Notes: a model not told the origin generated them from the letters alone. A DNA stretch of 64,000 nucleotides from an uncultured Methanosarcinales archaeon (GCA_964512765.1 CAZEKF010000005.1:6414-70413); one strand, 5' to 3'. Shown: positions 26,143 through 35,951, counted from the stretch's first letter. Program-made: numbers and translations.

Positions 26143-27000
26143 TTATTTTTTCTTCTTAGAATCTTTTTTTACTTCTTTCTTAGGCTTTGCTTTCTTAGTT
26201 TCTGTTTTCTTTTCCTTTTTCTCTGTTTTTTTAGGTTTCTTTTCTTCTTTCTTAGCAGGTTTTTTCTCTTCTTTAACAAGTTCTTTTGCTGCTGGTTTCT
26301 TTTCTTCTTCTTTTTTCTTTTCTTCAGGTTTTGGTTCTTCTGCTTTTTCTTCTTTTTTTTCTTCAACAACAGGTTCTTCAGGTTTCTTTTCAACAGCAAC
26401 AGGTTTTTTAGGTTTAGCTCTTACTACTTCCTGTGTTGTTTCTTCTAAAACTCTGATTAAAATTGCTCGAACAGGATGGATTTTGTTAAATTTAGATTTT
26501 AACTCTGATTGTAACCTGTTTTTTAACACACTTAAGAATAATTCGTCGTATGGTGTTTTTGTAACAAAACCTGTTAATTCTTCTTTCAATGCTGCTCTTA
26601 ACTTATACTCTACAAGTTTACTAACTTTTCCTCTAGTTAATAACATTGGTTTAATTCTAATTTGAACATTATCTTTTGTTGATAAAACAAGAGAATCATC
26701 TACTCTAGTCATTCTTCTCCTAACCATTCTTTTAATTGAAGAAGGTAAAAAGTTATATCCAATAAGACTTGTGTGAAGTTTATGATCTTTATACTCTGAT
26801 ATCCTGAACCTGACAGCAGCACTCTGTGATTTAATATCTCCTGTTACTTGCATAAGGTTTACTTTAACAGTTCTTTCCAAAGCTTCCTGTGCTTCTCCCA
26901 AATATGATTCACCGATTGGTTTTTCACCTAGTAACTTTGGAGCCACAATAGGAACCCATTTCTTCTTTTTAACAGATTTTTTAGCTACTCTCTTCGCCAT
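26143..27000 (-). CDS. rps3ae: 30S ribosomal protein S3Ae (eS1) with a ~85-aa K/E/P-rich C-terminal extension
   Basis: KKKWVPIVAPKLLGEKPIGESY...RFRISEY...MVRRRMTRVDD is eS1-like. The tail consists of EEKKPAKK-type repeats. Confidence 0.85.
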   Translation of the reverse strand: MAKRVAKKSVKKKKWVPIVAPKLLGEKPIGESYLGEAQEALERTVKVNLMQVTGDIKSQSAAVRFRISEYKDHKLHTSLIGYNFLPSSIKRMVRRRMTRVDDSLVLSTKDNVQIRIKPMLLTRGKVSKLVEYKLRAALKEELTGFVTKTPYDELFLSVLKNRLQSELKSKFNKIHPVRAILIRVLEETTQEVVRAKPKKPVAVEKKPEEPVVEEKKEEKAEEPKPEEKKKEEEKKPAAKELVKEEKKPAKKEEKKPKKTEKKEKKTETKKAKPKKEVKKDSKKKK

Positions 27001-27053
27001 AGCAGATTGGATTAATGAGAGATTTATAAAGTTTATGATATAAATATAAAGAA

Positions 27054-30000
27054 TTATACGTCCAAATTAACAACATTCATTGCATTTTCTTGGATAAAGT
27101 TTCTTCTAGGCTCAACGTCTTCGCCCATTAGATTAGAAAACTGTCTGTCTGCTTCAACACCATCTTCAATTGTAACTTGTTTAAGATACCTTTTCTCAGG
27201 GTCCATGGTAGTTTCCCATAACTGTTTAGGATTCATTTCTCCAAGACCTTTGTAACGTTGGATGCTAACGCCTTGTTTACCAAACTCGTTAATTATTGCA
27301 TCTCTTTCTTTATCATTCAACGCGTATCTTTCAGATTTGCCTTTTTTTACCTTGTACAATGGTGGTAAGGCCAAATAGATGTTACCGTTCTCAATCAAAG
27401 GCTTCATGTATCTGAAAAAGAATGTCAAAAGCAGTATTGAAATATGCGCACCGTCAACATCACTATCACACATTATTATTGTCCTGCCATACCTAAGCTT
27501 TGATATGTCAAACTCTTCTTCAATTCCTACTCCCAGAGCAGTAATAATTGCAACAATTTCGTTATTTTTCAAAATTTTGGCTAATCTTGCTTTTTCAACG
27601 TTCAAAACTTTACCTCGTAATGGAAGAACTGCTTGAGTTTCTCTGTTCCTAGCTTGTTTTGCACTGTTATGCACAAAAACACCCGACGCCAATGCAAAAT
27701 TGTGTGTTCCTTCTACTTCAAGATCATAAACATCCATTTTTTGAGGTAATCTAACAATCTCTTTTATTTTGTGATTATATCCTGCAACAGCTTCTATCAT
27801 AGCTGATTCATTATCATTAAAAAATCTCTTAACAAAAGTTTCTTTTTTCAAAAGATTTGTGTTTCTTTTTTTAGTTCTTTCTTGGTCATAATTCTCTAAA
27901 GAACCTTCTTTATCAAGAACGTTTTTCATGAAAGAAATTGTTTGTTTAAAGTAAGTTTTATCATACGCTTCCTTTCTTTTCTCTCGGAATTCTGGTGTCC
28001 ATTGTTCTTTTGTTTTTTCACTTCTCCATTCTTTTAATTTAGTATTTTCCCACTGTTTTTTGGCTATTAAACTTAATTCTTCTCTTGCTTCAGGATGTTC
28101 TTCAAAATATTTTTTTACTTGTTCCGCTCGTTGTTCTCTATTTTCTTTTTTAGCCCAGTATTTTTTTTGTTCTCTATTTAATATTTTCAAATTTTCTTTT
28201 CGATATTCTTCATTGGATTCATAAAATTCTAAATATTTTCTTATCATGAATTCTTTATAATCTTCATTTTCCCATTGCTTCTTTGCTCTTTCAGAAAGCA
28301 TCTTCTTCATTTCTGGAGAAGACATGATTTTACTCATTCTTTTTCTAAATTCTGGTGTTCTACGAGTCTTGGTAGCTTTTTGTTTAATATCTTCTCTATG
28401 TAATATTTTTTCGACTAGCATCGCATGATAAGCCATATGTTCATCTTTTTTCATTTGAAGGATATTATCAGGACTATTATTCAATTTATTGAAATCTATA
28501 TGGTGTTTATCACTACCTAAACCTATTGAATATTTGTCTTTTTCAAGGTTGTATCTATCAGCTAACAAATGAGTAAAAATCCATTTGTGTGTTTTTGGAC
28601 AAAGAACCATTTCATAGCCAGCGATAGTGATTCTTTTCTCAATTTTAGAAAGTTTTCTCTTCAAAGGCATCAAACTTTGAGTATTGGTTAACTTTATTGC
28701 ATTGACATACTCATTATTTCTAGTCATAAATCTATGATCAGGAGTACAGATTATCTCTTCATTGTTATCCAAAATTAATTTAATTACTTCAACATTAGAT
28801 TTTGTTTTTCTTGGATGTTTTATCAAACTAATTCCTACTGAACCATCTTCTTTGATTGTGTAACAATAATTCTTCTTGCCTTTTTTATCTTCTTTTATTA
28901 GTTCTTTAAATGATAAATTACGTCCATCGACTAATGCAACTTTTGTATCGTCTGAAAAACAACCTCCTGCAGAATCTCCTTCAACAATGTATACTTCACA
29001 CTTACTTGGATCTTTTTCTGAACAATCTGCAAGTTTACCTGGTAATGTTGATCCTTCAAGCAAACCTTTTCTCCTTACCAAATCTTTAGCTTTTCTCGCA
29101 GCTTCCCTTGCTTTTGCTGCGTTAACAGCTTTATCTAAAATGAGAGATGCTATCTTTGGATTTTCTTCTAAAAATGTTGTTAATGCTTCAGAAACTGTAC
29201 TGTCAACAATACCTTTAACCTCAGAATTACCCAGTTTAGTTTTTGTCTGGCCTTCAAACTGCGGTTCAGGAACTTTAACAGAAATAACAGCTGCTACACC
29301 TTCACGAACATCGTCACTTGATAATTTAACATCTTTGTTGTTGTTATTAATATATTTATTAATTGTCCTTGTTAGTGCAGTTTTAAACCCTGATAAATGC
29401 GTACCGCCTTCAATTGTGTTAATATTATTAACAAAACTAAATATGTTTTCTTTAAACCCTGAATTATACTGCATTGCAACTTCAACAATAACATCATTTT
29501 TGGTTTTTTCAAAGTAAATTGGATTATGCACTGGGTTTTTGTTCTGGTTAAGATATTCAACAAAAGATATTATTCCTCCGTCATAATGAAACAATTTTTG
29601 TTCATTTGTTCTTTCATCAAGAATTTGGATCTTAATGCCTTTGTTAAGAAAAGCTAGTTCTCGTAATCTCGCTACAAGGATATCAAACTGATATTCAAGT
29701 ACTGTAAATATTTCAGGATCTGGTTTAAACGTAACCATTGTTCCTGTACCCTCATCTTTACCGATTAGTTTCATTTGCGTGACTGGTTTGCCTTTTTTAT
29801 ACTTCTGAGTGTGAACTTTCCCTTCTCTTTTAACAAAAATGTCAAGTTCTTCAGACAATGCATTCACAACTGCCAACCCAACACCGTGCAACCCGCCTGA
29901 AACTTTATAAGAATTCTTGTCAAACTTGCCACCTGAGTGAAGTTTAGTCATAATAATTTCCATTGTTGGCTTTTTGTATTTAGGATGCATACCAATAGGA

Positions 30001-30230
30001 ATACCACGACCGTCATCTGCAACTGAAACTTTTCCAGTTTTATGAACAACTACTTTGATATTTTTAGCATGACCAGCCATTGCTTCGTCTATACTATTAT
30101 CCACAACTTCGTAAACCAAATGGTGTAATCCTCTGCTAGATGTTGATCCAATGTACATACCTGGACGTTTTCTAACAGCGCTTAACCCGCCTAAAACAGT
30201 AATGTCCTTTGCATCGTAGCTTTGTGTCAT
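27054..30230 (-). CDS. gyrB: DNA gyrase subunit B, interrupted by a 432-aa intein
   Basis: GHKL ATPase (YEVVDNSIDEA, DDGRGIP, GGLHGVG). The Toprim motif EGDSAGG is followed by the intein. The extein resumes at SAKQARNRETQAVLPLRGK and continues to PLYK and RYKGLGEM. The extein totals 626 aa. Confidence 0.9.
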   Translation of the reverse strand: MTQSYDAKDITVLGGLSAVRKRPGMYIGSTSSRGLHHLVYEVVDNSIDEAMAGHAKNIKVVVHKTGKVSVADDGRGIPIGMHPKYKKPTMEIIMTKLHSGGKFDKNSYKVSGGLHGVGLAVVNALSEELDIFVKREGKVHTQKYKKGKPVTQMKLIGKDEGTGTMVTFKPDPEIFTVLEYQFDILVARLRELAFLNKGIKIQILDERTNEQKLFHYDGGIISFVEYLNQNKNPVHNPIYFEKTKNDVIVEVAMQYNSGFKENIFSFVNNINTIEGGTHLSGFKTALTRTINKYINNNNKDVKLSSDDVREGVAAVISVKVPEPQFEGQTKTKLGNSEVKGIVDSTVSEALTTFLEENPKIASLILDKAVNAAKAREAARKAKDLVRRKGLLEGSTLPGKLADCSEKDPSKCEVYIVEGDSAGGCFSDDTKVALVDGRNLSFKELIKEDKKGKKNYCYTIKEDGSVGISLIKHPRKTKSNVEVIKLILDNNEEIICTPDHRFMTRNNEYVNAIKLTNTQSLMPLKRKLSKIEKRITIAGYEMVLCPKTHKWIFTHLLADRYNLEKDKYSIGLGSDKHHIDFNKLNNSPDNILQMKKDEHMAYHAMLVEKILHREDIKQKATKTRRTPEFRKRMSKIMSSPEMKKMLSERAKKQWENEDYKEFMIRKYLEFYESNEEYRKENLKILNREQKKYWAKKENREQRAEQVKKYFEEHPEAREELSLIAKKQWENTKLKEWRSEKTKEQWTPEFREKRKEAYDKTYFKQTISFMKNVLDKEGSLENYDQERTKKRNTNLLKKETFVKRFFNDNESAMIEAVAGYNHKIKEIVRLPQKMDVYDLEVEGTHNFALASGVFVHNSAKQARNRETQAVLPLRGKVLNVEKARLAKILKNNEIVAIITALGVGIEEEFDISKLRYGRTIIMCDSDVDGAHISILLLTFFFRYMKPLIENGNIYLALPPLYKVKKGKSERYALNDKERDAIINEFGKQGVSIQRYKGLGEMNPKQLWETTMDPEKRYLKQVTIEDGVEADRQFSNLMGEDVEPRRNFIQENAMNVVNLDV
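27666..28961 (-). mobile_element. intein in GyrB (residues 424-855) carrying an HNH-type endonuclease and K/E-rich repeats
   Basis: Block A CFSDDTKVALVDG. Block B ICTPDHRF. HNH motif DKHHIDFNKLNNSPDNILQMKKDEHMAYH. Repeated AKKQWEN segments. Terminal blocks VYDLEVEGTHNFALASGVFVHN followed by S+1. Confidence 0.8.
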
Positions 30231-30391
30231 TTTTTTAACTAATTTTTGAATGTTTTTTGAATATTGAAATTATAAGAGAAAAATCATTATTTCTCGTCTA
30301 TAACTAATGAAAATTTTTGTATATATAAATGTTATGGAAAATGTTGCAAAAATCCAAACTCTTTTAAAATAAATCAAATTAACTTTTTGTC

Positions 30392-31630
30392 ATGCAATTA
30401 CTTAACAAAATCAAAACTGAACTTAAACCAGACACAACTGTTTTGGTAGAGATTGAACTTTTTGTTAAAGAGATTAATAAAGAGATTAAAAAGAATAAAA
30501 TAACGGCAGAGTGTGTTACAGGCGGTTCTGTTGCAAAAGGTACTTTTCTTAGAGGAGACTTTGACATTGATTTGTTTGTTAAGTTTGATTATTCGTATAA
30601 AGATAAAGACATATCGAAACTATTAAAAAAAGTATTGAGTAAATTCAAACCTGAACTTGTGCATGGTTCAAGAGACTATTTTCAGTTAAAACAAGCTAGT
30701 TTAAACTATGAAATTGTGCCAGTATTAGATGTTAAAGATCCAAGTAAAGCAATTAATGTGACTGATATGAGTCCAATGCACGTTAACTGGGTTAAAAAAC
30801 ATTTGAAAAAAGGCATGGATGATGATATAAGGTTAGCGAAAAAGTTTTGTAAAGCTATTAATGTGTACGGTGCAGAATCTTACATAAACGGTTTTTCTGG
30901 CCATGTTATTGATATTCTAATAATACATTATGGTTCTTTTATTAACCTGTTAAAACAATCACAGAAATGGCTGCCAAAAGTTATTATTGACACTGAAAAG
31001 TATTACCGTAACAAAATGGATGTAATGTTCAATATTAACAAATCAAAAACTTCTGGTCCAATGGTTGTGGTAGATCCTATACTGAAGTCAAGGAACGCTG
31101 CATCTGCTTTATCTTTAGACAAGTTTGATATATTCAAGAAAAAAGCTAGAGCTTTTTTAAAAAAACCTTCCTATGATTATTTTATAGAGGAGAAAATAAC
31201 TAAAGAATTTTTGAAACAAAAGTACAAGAAAAATCTTTACATTCTTGAACTAGAGCCTAAAAAAGGCAAAAAAGACGTTGTTGGTAGTAAAATATTGAAA
31301 TCATTCAAGTTTCTGAATAAAGAATTAAAAGAACTTGGTTTTGAAATTAATAAACCTGGTTGGTACTGGGACAAAAATGTTTTAATGTGGTTTGTTTTTG
31401 AAAAAACAAAATTGCCTGAAACTAGAATCATTGAAGGACCTCCTTTAGATATGAAAGAAGCTTGTAAACAATTTAAGAAAAAGTACAAGAAATGTTTTGA
31501 AAAAAATAAGAAATTATGTTCTGAAGTTAAAGTTAAGAAAAGATCTGTTGAAGAGAATATTAGAGAACTTTCCAAAAAATCATATTTTAAGGAAAAGATT
31601 AAACTGTCACAAATAGAAAAGTATTTATAA
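30392..31630 (+). CDS. cca: archaeal class I CCA-adding enzyme (tRNA nucleotidyltransferase)
   Basis: GGSVAKGTFLRGDFDIDLFV catalytic motif with archaeal CCA architecture. Confidence 0.85.
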   Translation: MQLLNKIKTELKPDTTVLVEIELFVKEINKEIKKNKITAECVTGGSVAKGTFLRGDFDIDLFVKFDYSYKDKDISKLLKKVLSKFKPELVHGSRDYFQLKQASLNYEIVPVLDVKDPSKAINVTDMSPMHVNWVKKHLKKGMDDDIRLAKKFCKAINVYGAESYINGFSGHVIDILIIHYGSFINLLKQSQKWLPKVIIDTEKYYRNKMDVMFNINKSKTSGPMVVVDPILKSRNAASALSLDKFDIFKKKARAFLKKPSYDYFIEEKITKEFLKQKYKKNLYILELEPKKGKKDVVGSKILKSFKFLNKELKELGFEINKPGWYWDKNVLMWFVFEKTKLPETRIIEGPPLDMKEACKQFKKKYKKCFEKNKKLCSEVKVKKRSVEENIRELSKKSYFKEKIKLSQIEKYL

Positions 31631-31652
31631 CATATTTCTCTAAAAAGTTTCA

Positions 31653-32405
31653 ATGAAAAAATCACAACTTTCTATTTTTGTTATTATTGGGCTACTTATT
31701 GTGATTATTTCAGCGTTTGTTATTATTAGAATTAACCAGAGCAAGTTAAACCAAATTAAAGATAGTCCTGAACTTGACGAGGATCCAGAATTAAAAAAGA
31801 TACAGCCTGTTTATGACTATATCTCTCAATGTTTAAAGATTACAACTACTGACGCAATGCAATTATTAGGTCAACAAGGTTTGATTTATCCAGATACGTA
31901 CTTATCATCTGAAAAAGTTAAGATATCCTATTTTTATTACAAAGGTAAAGATTATTTTCCTGATATTGAAATTGTTGAGGAACAGATTCAAAACTATGTC
32001 CAAGAAAAAATAGTTTCTTGTTTATTAGAATATTCTGATGACACATTTACAATTGAATATGGTGAACAACATAATGTTAATGTTTTTATTGAAGAAAGCA
32101 TAGTAAGAACAGAACTTGAATACCCTGTTACTGTATATTCTCATGGTGAAGTAATTGATGTTAACAAGTTCACATCTGAAATAAAAACAAATTATAATCG
32201 CATGTATAAAGTCTCTGAAGAAATAATTTTTGATACTGTAAATAATCCTGACTGGATAGATTTTGAAAAATTGTATAATACTGATCTTGATATTAAAATT
32301 GTAAAGATTGATAAAGCTACAATTGTTTATGTTATTCGAGACAGTGAAATCGGATTAGAAAATGAGCCGTTCGAGCTCAGGTTTGGTGTTAAATATGACT
32401 TTTAA
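31653..32405 (+). CDS. hypothetical N-terminally anchored extracellular protein
   Basis: N-terminal hydrophobic helix LSIFVIIGLLIVIISAFVII. No family recognised. Confidence 0.4.
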   Translation: MKKSQLSIFVIIGLLIVIISAFVIIRINQSKLNQIKDSPELDEDPELKKIQPVYDYISQCLKITTTDAMQLLGQQGLIYPDTYLSSEKVKISYFYYKGKDYFPDIEIVEEQIQNYVQEKIVSCLLEYSDDTFTIEYGEQHNVNVFIEESIVRTELEYPVTVYSHGEVIDVNKFTSEIKTNYNRMYKVSEEIIFDTVNNPDWIDFEKLYNTDLDIKIVKIDKATIVYVIRDSEIGLENEPFELRFGVKYDF

Positions 32406-34050
32406 ACTTAAACATTTAGTATTATTTGTACTTTTAATTAACACAGTAGTTGCTGTAGATAATCCATTCATTGACCTTGAAAATGAATTAATCAAATTTG
32501 ACAGTTCAACTTACGTATATCCAAGTTTTGCTGAAGTAAAAGACTATCAATTACATTTAACATTAAACTCTAAAACATTACTTCTTGATTTAGATAGTAT
32601 TACTGAAAATGTTTTTGTTGAGATCTTTGTTGAAGACAATTCTCCAAAAATATCTATAACATCTAATGAAAAAACCACATCTATTAAACAAATTAAAGAG
32701 GAAGAGACTTTGGTGTATTATGGTAAACCTTCTCAAACAGTTATAGAAAGTAATACAAAATTAGTGTATATTGTTGAACATTATTCACCTGATAAAGAAG
32801 TAACTGATTCTAGCAGGAAACAAGGTGTAAAAAGACTTACAGCGGTTGTAAAAGACGCAGTTGTTGAGATTGATAACGGGATCATTGTGAGAACTGACGG
32901 GTTAAAAGTTCACACTAAATCGTTTTTAGAAGCAGAAACATTGGAAGATAAAGAAATTGATTTTATTGGAAACAATAAATTAACTGAAATTTTCGGATAT
33001 TTGAAATCACTTGTTGTTAGAGTAGTTAACAAATTTAGGTATGGTGGTTTGTTTGATCGTGGTTTTGCTGTTGAGGATGATTTTGAAGCTCCTGATTTGG
33101 ATTTTGGCACAGAATTTGTTGATGTTGTTGACGGTAAACAAGAAGGTTGTAACAAGTTTGGTTTTGTATTTGTGCCTGGTTTTGGATATGATTATCTTAG
33201 TGAAGTTAATAAATTAACAAAAAACAAAGGATATGCTGTTGGGATTGCATATTCAAGAAATGATAATTTCGCATCAGCTTTGGAAGATATGACAGAATTC
33301 ATTCAAAAAGCTAAAGAAGATGGTTTGACACCTGTTATAAGAATAATGGGCAATGTTGGAAGCATTAGCCAAGCGTGTAGGGAAGATTTTGGTATAGACG
33401 CATGTGAAAATGAAGGCGATACAATGTGTAATGGTGCTTATATAATTAATTGTAACAATGTTATGGAGAAATGTAATGTTTGGCAAGCGGTTCAAACAAC
33501 ATGTTCTGGAAATCAAGAAGTAAGTAATTGTAATAATAACAATTATTGTTTTGGTGATTATGCATATAATGAAATTATTAACTCAGACTATGTTGCTACA
33601 TTTATTAAAAAATTAGATCAAAAAACTGATTTTGAATATGTTCAGGTATGGGATCAAGTAGATAACTATTTTACAGTTGAACAATACGTAGATTATGTTA
33701 AAGAAATAAAAAATAGTATTGAACCTGATATTAAATTAATAAGTGGTAGTGTTTCAGACGAAGAATTATTTAATGAATTAACAGATCTTGATAATACTCT
33801 TGATTTTTTTACAATTAGTACTAACATTGAAACAGATAAGCAAGTGTTCTTTGAAACAAGTAGCCAAGACAGCAGCTATTTGAAAGGTTTATTAGAAGAT
33901 CAAAACATCAAAGGAATTTTCTTGTCTGTTGCTAATTATTGGAATAAATATGAAAAAAATTATTGGACAACTGATGATAACTGGATAGATTCATCAACAA
34001 AAGAATTGAAAGTGTTTGCTATTGGTGTTTCTGACGAGGTTTGTGAGTAA
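32395..34050 (+). CDS. hypothetical secreted Cys-rich protein
   Basis: Signal-like MTFKLKHLVLFVLLINTVVA. The start overlaps the previous stop (ATGACTTTTAA). A Cys-rich middle region is present. Confidence 0.4.
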   Translation: MTFKLKHLVLFVLLINTVVAVDNPFIDLENELIKFDSSTYVYPSFAEVKDYQLHLTLNSKTLLLDLDSITENVFVEIFVEDNSPKISITSNEKTTSIKQIKEEETLVYYGKPSQTVIESNTKLVYIVEHYSPDKEVTDSSRKQGVKRLTAVVKDAVVEIDNGIIVRTDGLKVHTKSFLEAETLEDKEIDFIGNNKLTEIFGYLKSLVVRVVNKFRYGGLFDRGFAVEDDFEAPDLDFGTEFVDVVDGKQEGCNKFGFVFVPGFGYDYLSEVNKLTKNKGYAVGIAYSRNDNFASALEDMTEFIQKAKEDGLTPVIRIMGNVGSISQACREDFGIDACENEGDTMCNGAYIINCNNVMEKCNVWQAVQTTCSGNQEVSNCNNNNYCFGDYAYNEIINSDYVATFIKKLDQKTDFEYVQVWDQVDNYFTVEQYVDYVKEIKNSIEPDIKLISGSVSDEELFNELTDLDNTLDFFTISTNIETDKQVFFETSSQDSSYLKGLLEDQNIKGIFLSVANYWNKYEKNYWTTDDNWIDSSTKELKVFAIGVSDEVCE

Positions 34051-34703
34051 TGTTCGGAGAATTAACAACCTGGATCCTTGAATTAATTAGATCACATGGT
34101 ATTTTAGCAGTTATTCTTGGCGTGGTTATTGAAACTGTAATTGTTCCGTTGCCTAGTCCTTTAATTGTAATGACTGCAGGTTATATCTTAATACCACAAG
34201 GAACATTAATACAAATTATATTAAACGCTGCCTGGATCTCATTAGTGGCAGGGTTAGCGCAAACTATTGGAAGTTATTTACTGTTTTTCATTGGATATTT
34301 TGGAGGTAAACCAGTTATACAGAAATTTAGAAAGTTTCACGGTGTGGCCTGGTCTGACATTAAGAATTTCCAGAATAAGTTTAGTAAAGGTAAAAAAGAA
34401 GATTTTACTTTATTTTTACTAAGAGCTCTGCCTATAATGCCATTATCAGTTGTTTCAGGTGTTGCAGGTGTCATGAAAATGAATATTAAAAGATATACTA
34501 TTGCTACATTTTTAGGTGTATTACCTAGGAACTTTTCATTAGCTATATTAGGCTTTTCGTTTGGCGGTTTTTATACCATGATTGCAAATAAGATTGATCA
34601 TGCTGAAACTATAATGACTGTGTTGTTAGTGTTATTGATTCTTTTCTATATTATTGGCCAAAAAACTGGTTTGTTTGACAAATTAAGGAAAAAAATTATA
34701 TAG
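34050..34703 (+). CDS. DedA/VTT-family membrane protein
   Basis: VIVPLPSPLIVMTAGY plus a YFGGKP-type signature. Polytopic. Confidence 0.55.
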   Translation: MFGELTTWILELIRSHGILAVILGVVIETVIVPLPSPLIVMTAGYILIPQGTLIQIILNAAWISLVAGLAQTIGSYLLFFIGYFGGKPVIQKFRKFHGVAWSDIKNFQNKFSKGKKEDFTLFLLRALPIMPLSVVSGVAGVMKMNIKRYTIATFLGVLPRNFSLAILGFSFGGFYTMIANKIDHAETIMTVLLVLLILFYIIGQKTGLFDKLRKKII

Positions 34704-34725
34704 TATTTCTCCTCAACATTTAGTT

Positions 34726-35334
34726 ATGAACAATTTTTTTAAACAATATGGATTTAGAAGAAAAGTTATACATTTTATGGTTGGACTCTCAATTGTATTT
34801 TTACTTAATCTTAAACATCCTAATCCAAAAGAACAGTTACAATCATATTTAATTGTTGGATTAGTTGCAACTATGATCATAAGTGCGTATACAAAACAAA
34901 AAAAACCTAAATGGGTCCTATCAATATTAAGACATTTTGAAAAACCTAAAGATTTGATTAATTTTCCAGCAAAAGGTGCAATTTATTATTTAATTGGTGT
35001 TCTTATTGCAATTGTATTATTTGATAAAGATATTGCATCTGCTTCAATTTTAATCTTGGCAGTAGGTGATCCTGCTGGACACATAGTTGGAAGGTATTAT
35101 GGTACTAAAAGACTTGTAATTAACAGGAAAAAATTGTTAGAAGGTACTTTAGCAGGAATATTTTTTAGTACAATTGCCGCTTCATTTTTTGTATCTGTAC
35201 CAGTAGCTTTTTTCGGTGCAAGTTTTGGTATGATGGCTGAAGCCATTGAACTTAAATTCTTAGAATTAGACGATAACTTTTCTATACCTTTCATATCCGG
35301 GTTAGTGATGAATTTAATTAAAAGTCTGATATAA
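34726..35334 (+). CDS. polyprenol (dolichol) kinase / CTP-transferase-1 family membrane protein
   Basis: VGDPAGHIVGRYYG...KKLLEGTLAG signature in a polytopic protein. Confidence 0.5.
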   Translation: MNNFFKQYGFRRKVIHFMVGLSIVFLLNLKHPNPKEQLQSYLIVGLVATMIISAYTKQKKPKWVLSILRHFEKPKDLINFPAKGAIYYLIGVLIAIVLFDKDIASASILILAVGDPAGHIVGRYYGTKRLVINRKKLLEGTLAGIFFSTIAASFFVSVPVAFFGASFGMMAEAIELKFLELDDNFSIPFISGLVMNLIKSLI

Positions 35335-35390
35335 GCCTTTTTTTCCGCAATATTTAAAATACAAATCAGTTTTCTTTTGATAAACCAAAC

Positions 35391-35549
35391 GGGGCTATGG
35401 TGTAGCTTGGCCAACGAAAATCTCGATTTTCGAGGTTGCGTTGAAGCAACTATCACTCAACGTTTGGGGCGTTGCAACCCCAGTTCAAATAGACTCACTG
35501 TCGTTCGTAACTTCCAAAGACAGGGTCTTTGAAAGTCTGGGTAGCCCCA
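35391..35549 (+). tRNA. tRNA-Pro(UGG) with two non-canonical introns (38 nt in the D-loop at 35415-35452, and 46 nt in the T-loop at 35491-35536) and none at 37/38
   Basis: GGGGCTA TG GTGT AGCTTGGCCAA[38]TCAC T CAACG TTTGGGG CGTTG CAAC CCCAG TTCAAAT[46]CTGGG TAGCCCC A. The T-loop TTCAAA pairs with the intron 3' end TTTGAA. TATA-like ATATTTAAAATA lies about 30 nt upstream. Confidence 0.8.
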
Positions 35550-35640
35550 TTTCTTTTATTTATTGTTCTTCGGACTACTTAACGCAGTTAATGTAGTCCT
35601 TAATCTGTTTTCCCTCAAGGCTTTTTCTAAAAGGCTTGAT

Positions 35641-35653
35641 CTGGGTAACCCCA
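35641..35653 (+). repeat. degenerate second copy of the tRNA-Pro 3' exon (CTGGGTAaCCCCA), preceded by a hairpin
   Basis: TCTGGGTAGCCCCATTTCTTTT (35536-35557) resembles TCTGGGTAACCCCATTCTTTCTTTT (35640 onward). Each copy is preceded by a hairpin (CAAAGAC/GTCTTTG, or TCAAGGCTTTT/AAAAGGCTTGA at 35615-39) and a short spacer. Confidence 0.55.
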
Positions 35654-35733
35654 TTCTTTCTTTTTTATTTTTCATGTTTTATTCTCTATTACTCATAGTT
35701 AAATATTTAAATAGTCAAGATTTCCAAGTCGAC

Positions 35734-35943
35734 ATGGCAAAAGATCTTCCAAAATCTGTAAAAAGGTTTGGTTCAAGGTACGGTAGAAGAGTTAGGTTAA
35801 AGTTTGGTTTTATAGAGAGAGTACAGAGATCTTTGCATAAATGTCCATATTGCAATCAAAAAAAAGCAAAAAGAGTATCTGTAGGTATTTGGTTTTGTAA
35901 GAAATGCAAGTCAAAGTTTACTGGAAAAGCCTACACTGTATAA
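35734..35943 (+). CDS. rpl37ae: 50S ribosomal protein L37Ae (eL43)
   Basis: RFGSRYGRRVR...CPYC...CKKC zinc ribbon. I start at ATG 35734, because the longer track ORF runs through the tRNA-Pro flank. Confidence 0.85.
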   Translation: MAKDLPKSVKRFGSRYGRRVRLKFGFIERVQRSLHKCPYCNQKKAKRVSVGIWFCKKCKSKFTGKAYTV

Positions 35944-35951
35944 ATTAAAAA

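Noticed and set aside
26169-26399. 76-aa K-rich ORF in an alternative frame of the S3Ae tail
   Set aside because: It is a product of the A/G-rich repeat encoding the K/E tail of eS1, so it has no independent support.
26143-26400. Lysine-rich tails (S3Ae, and the Zn-ribbon protein at 19607-19804) as a special system
   Set aside because: Such low-complexity basic tails are common in AT-rich small genomes, and I found no evidence of specific function.
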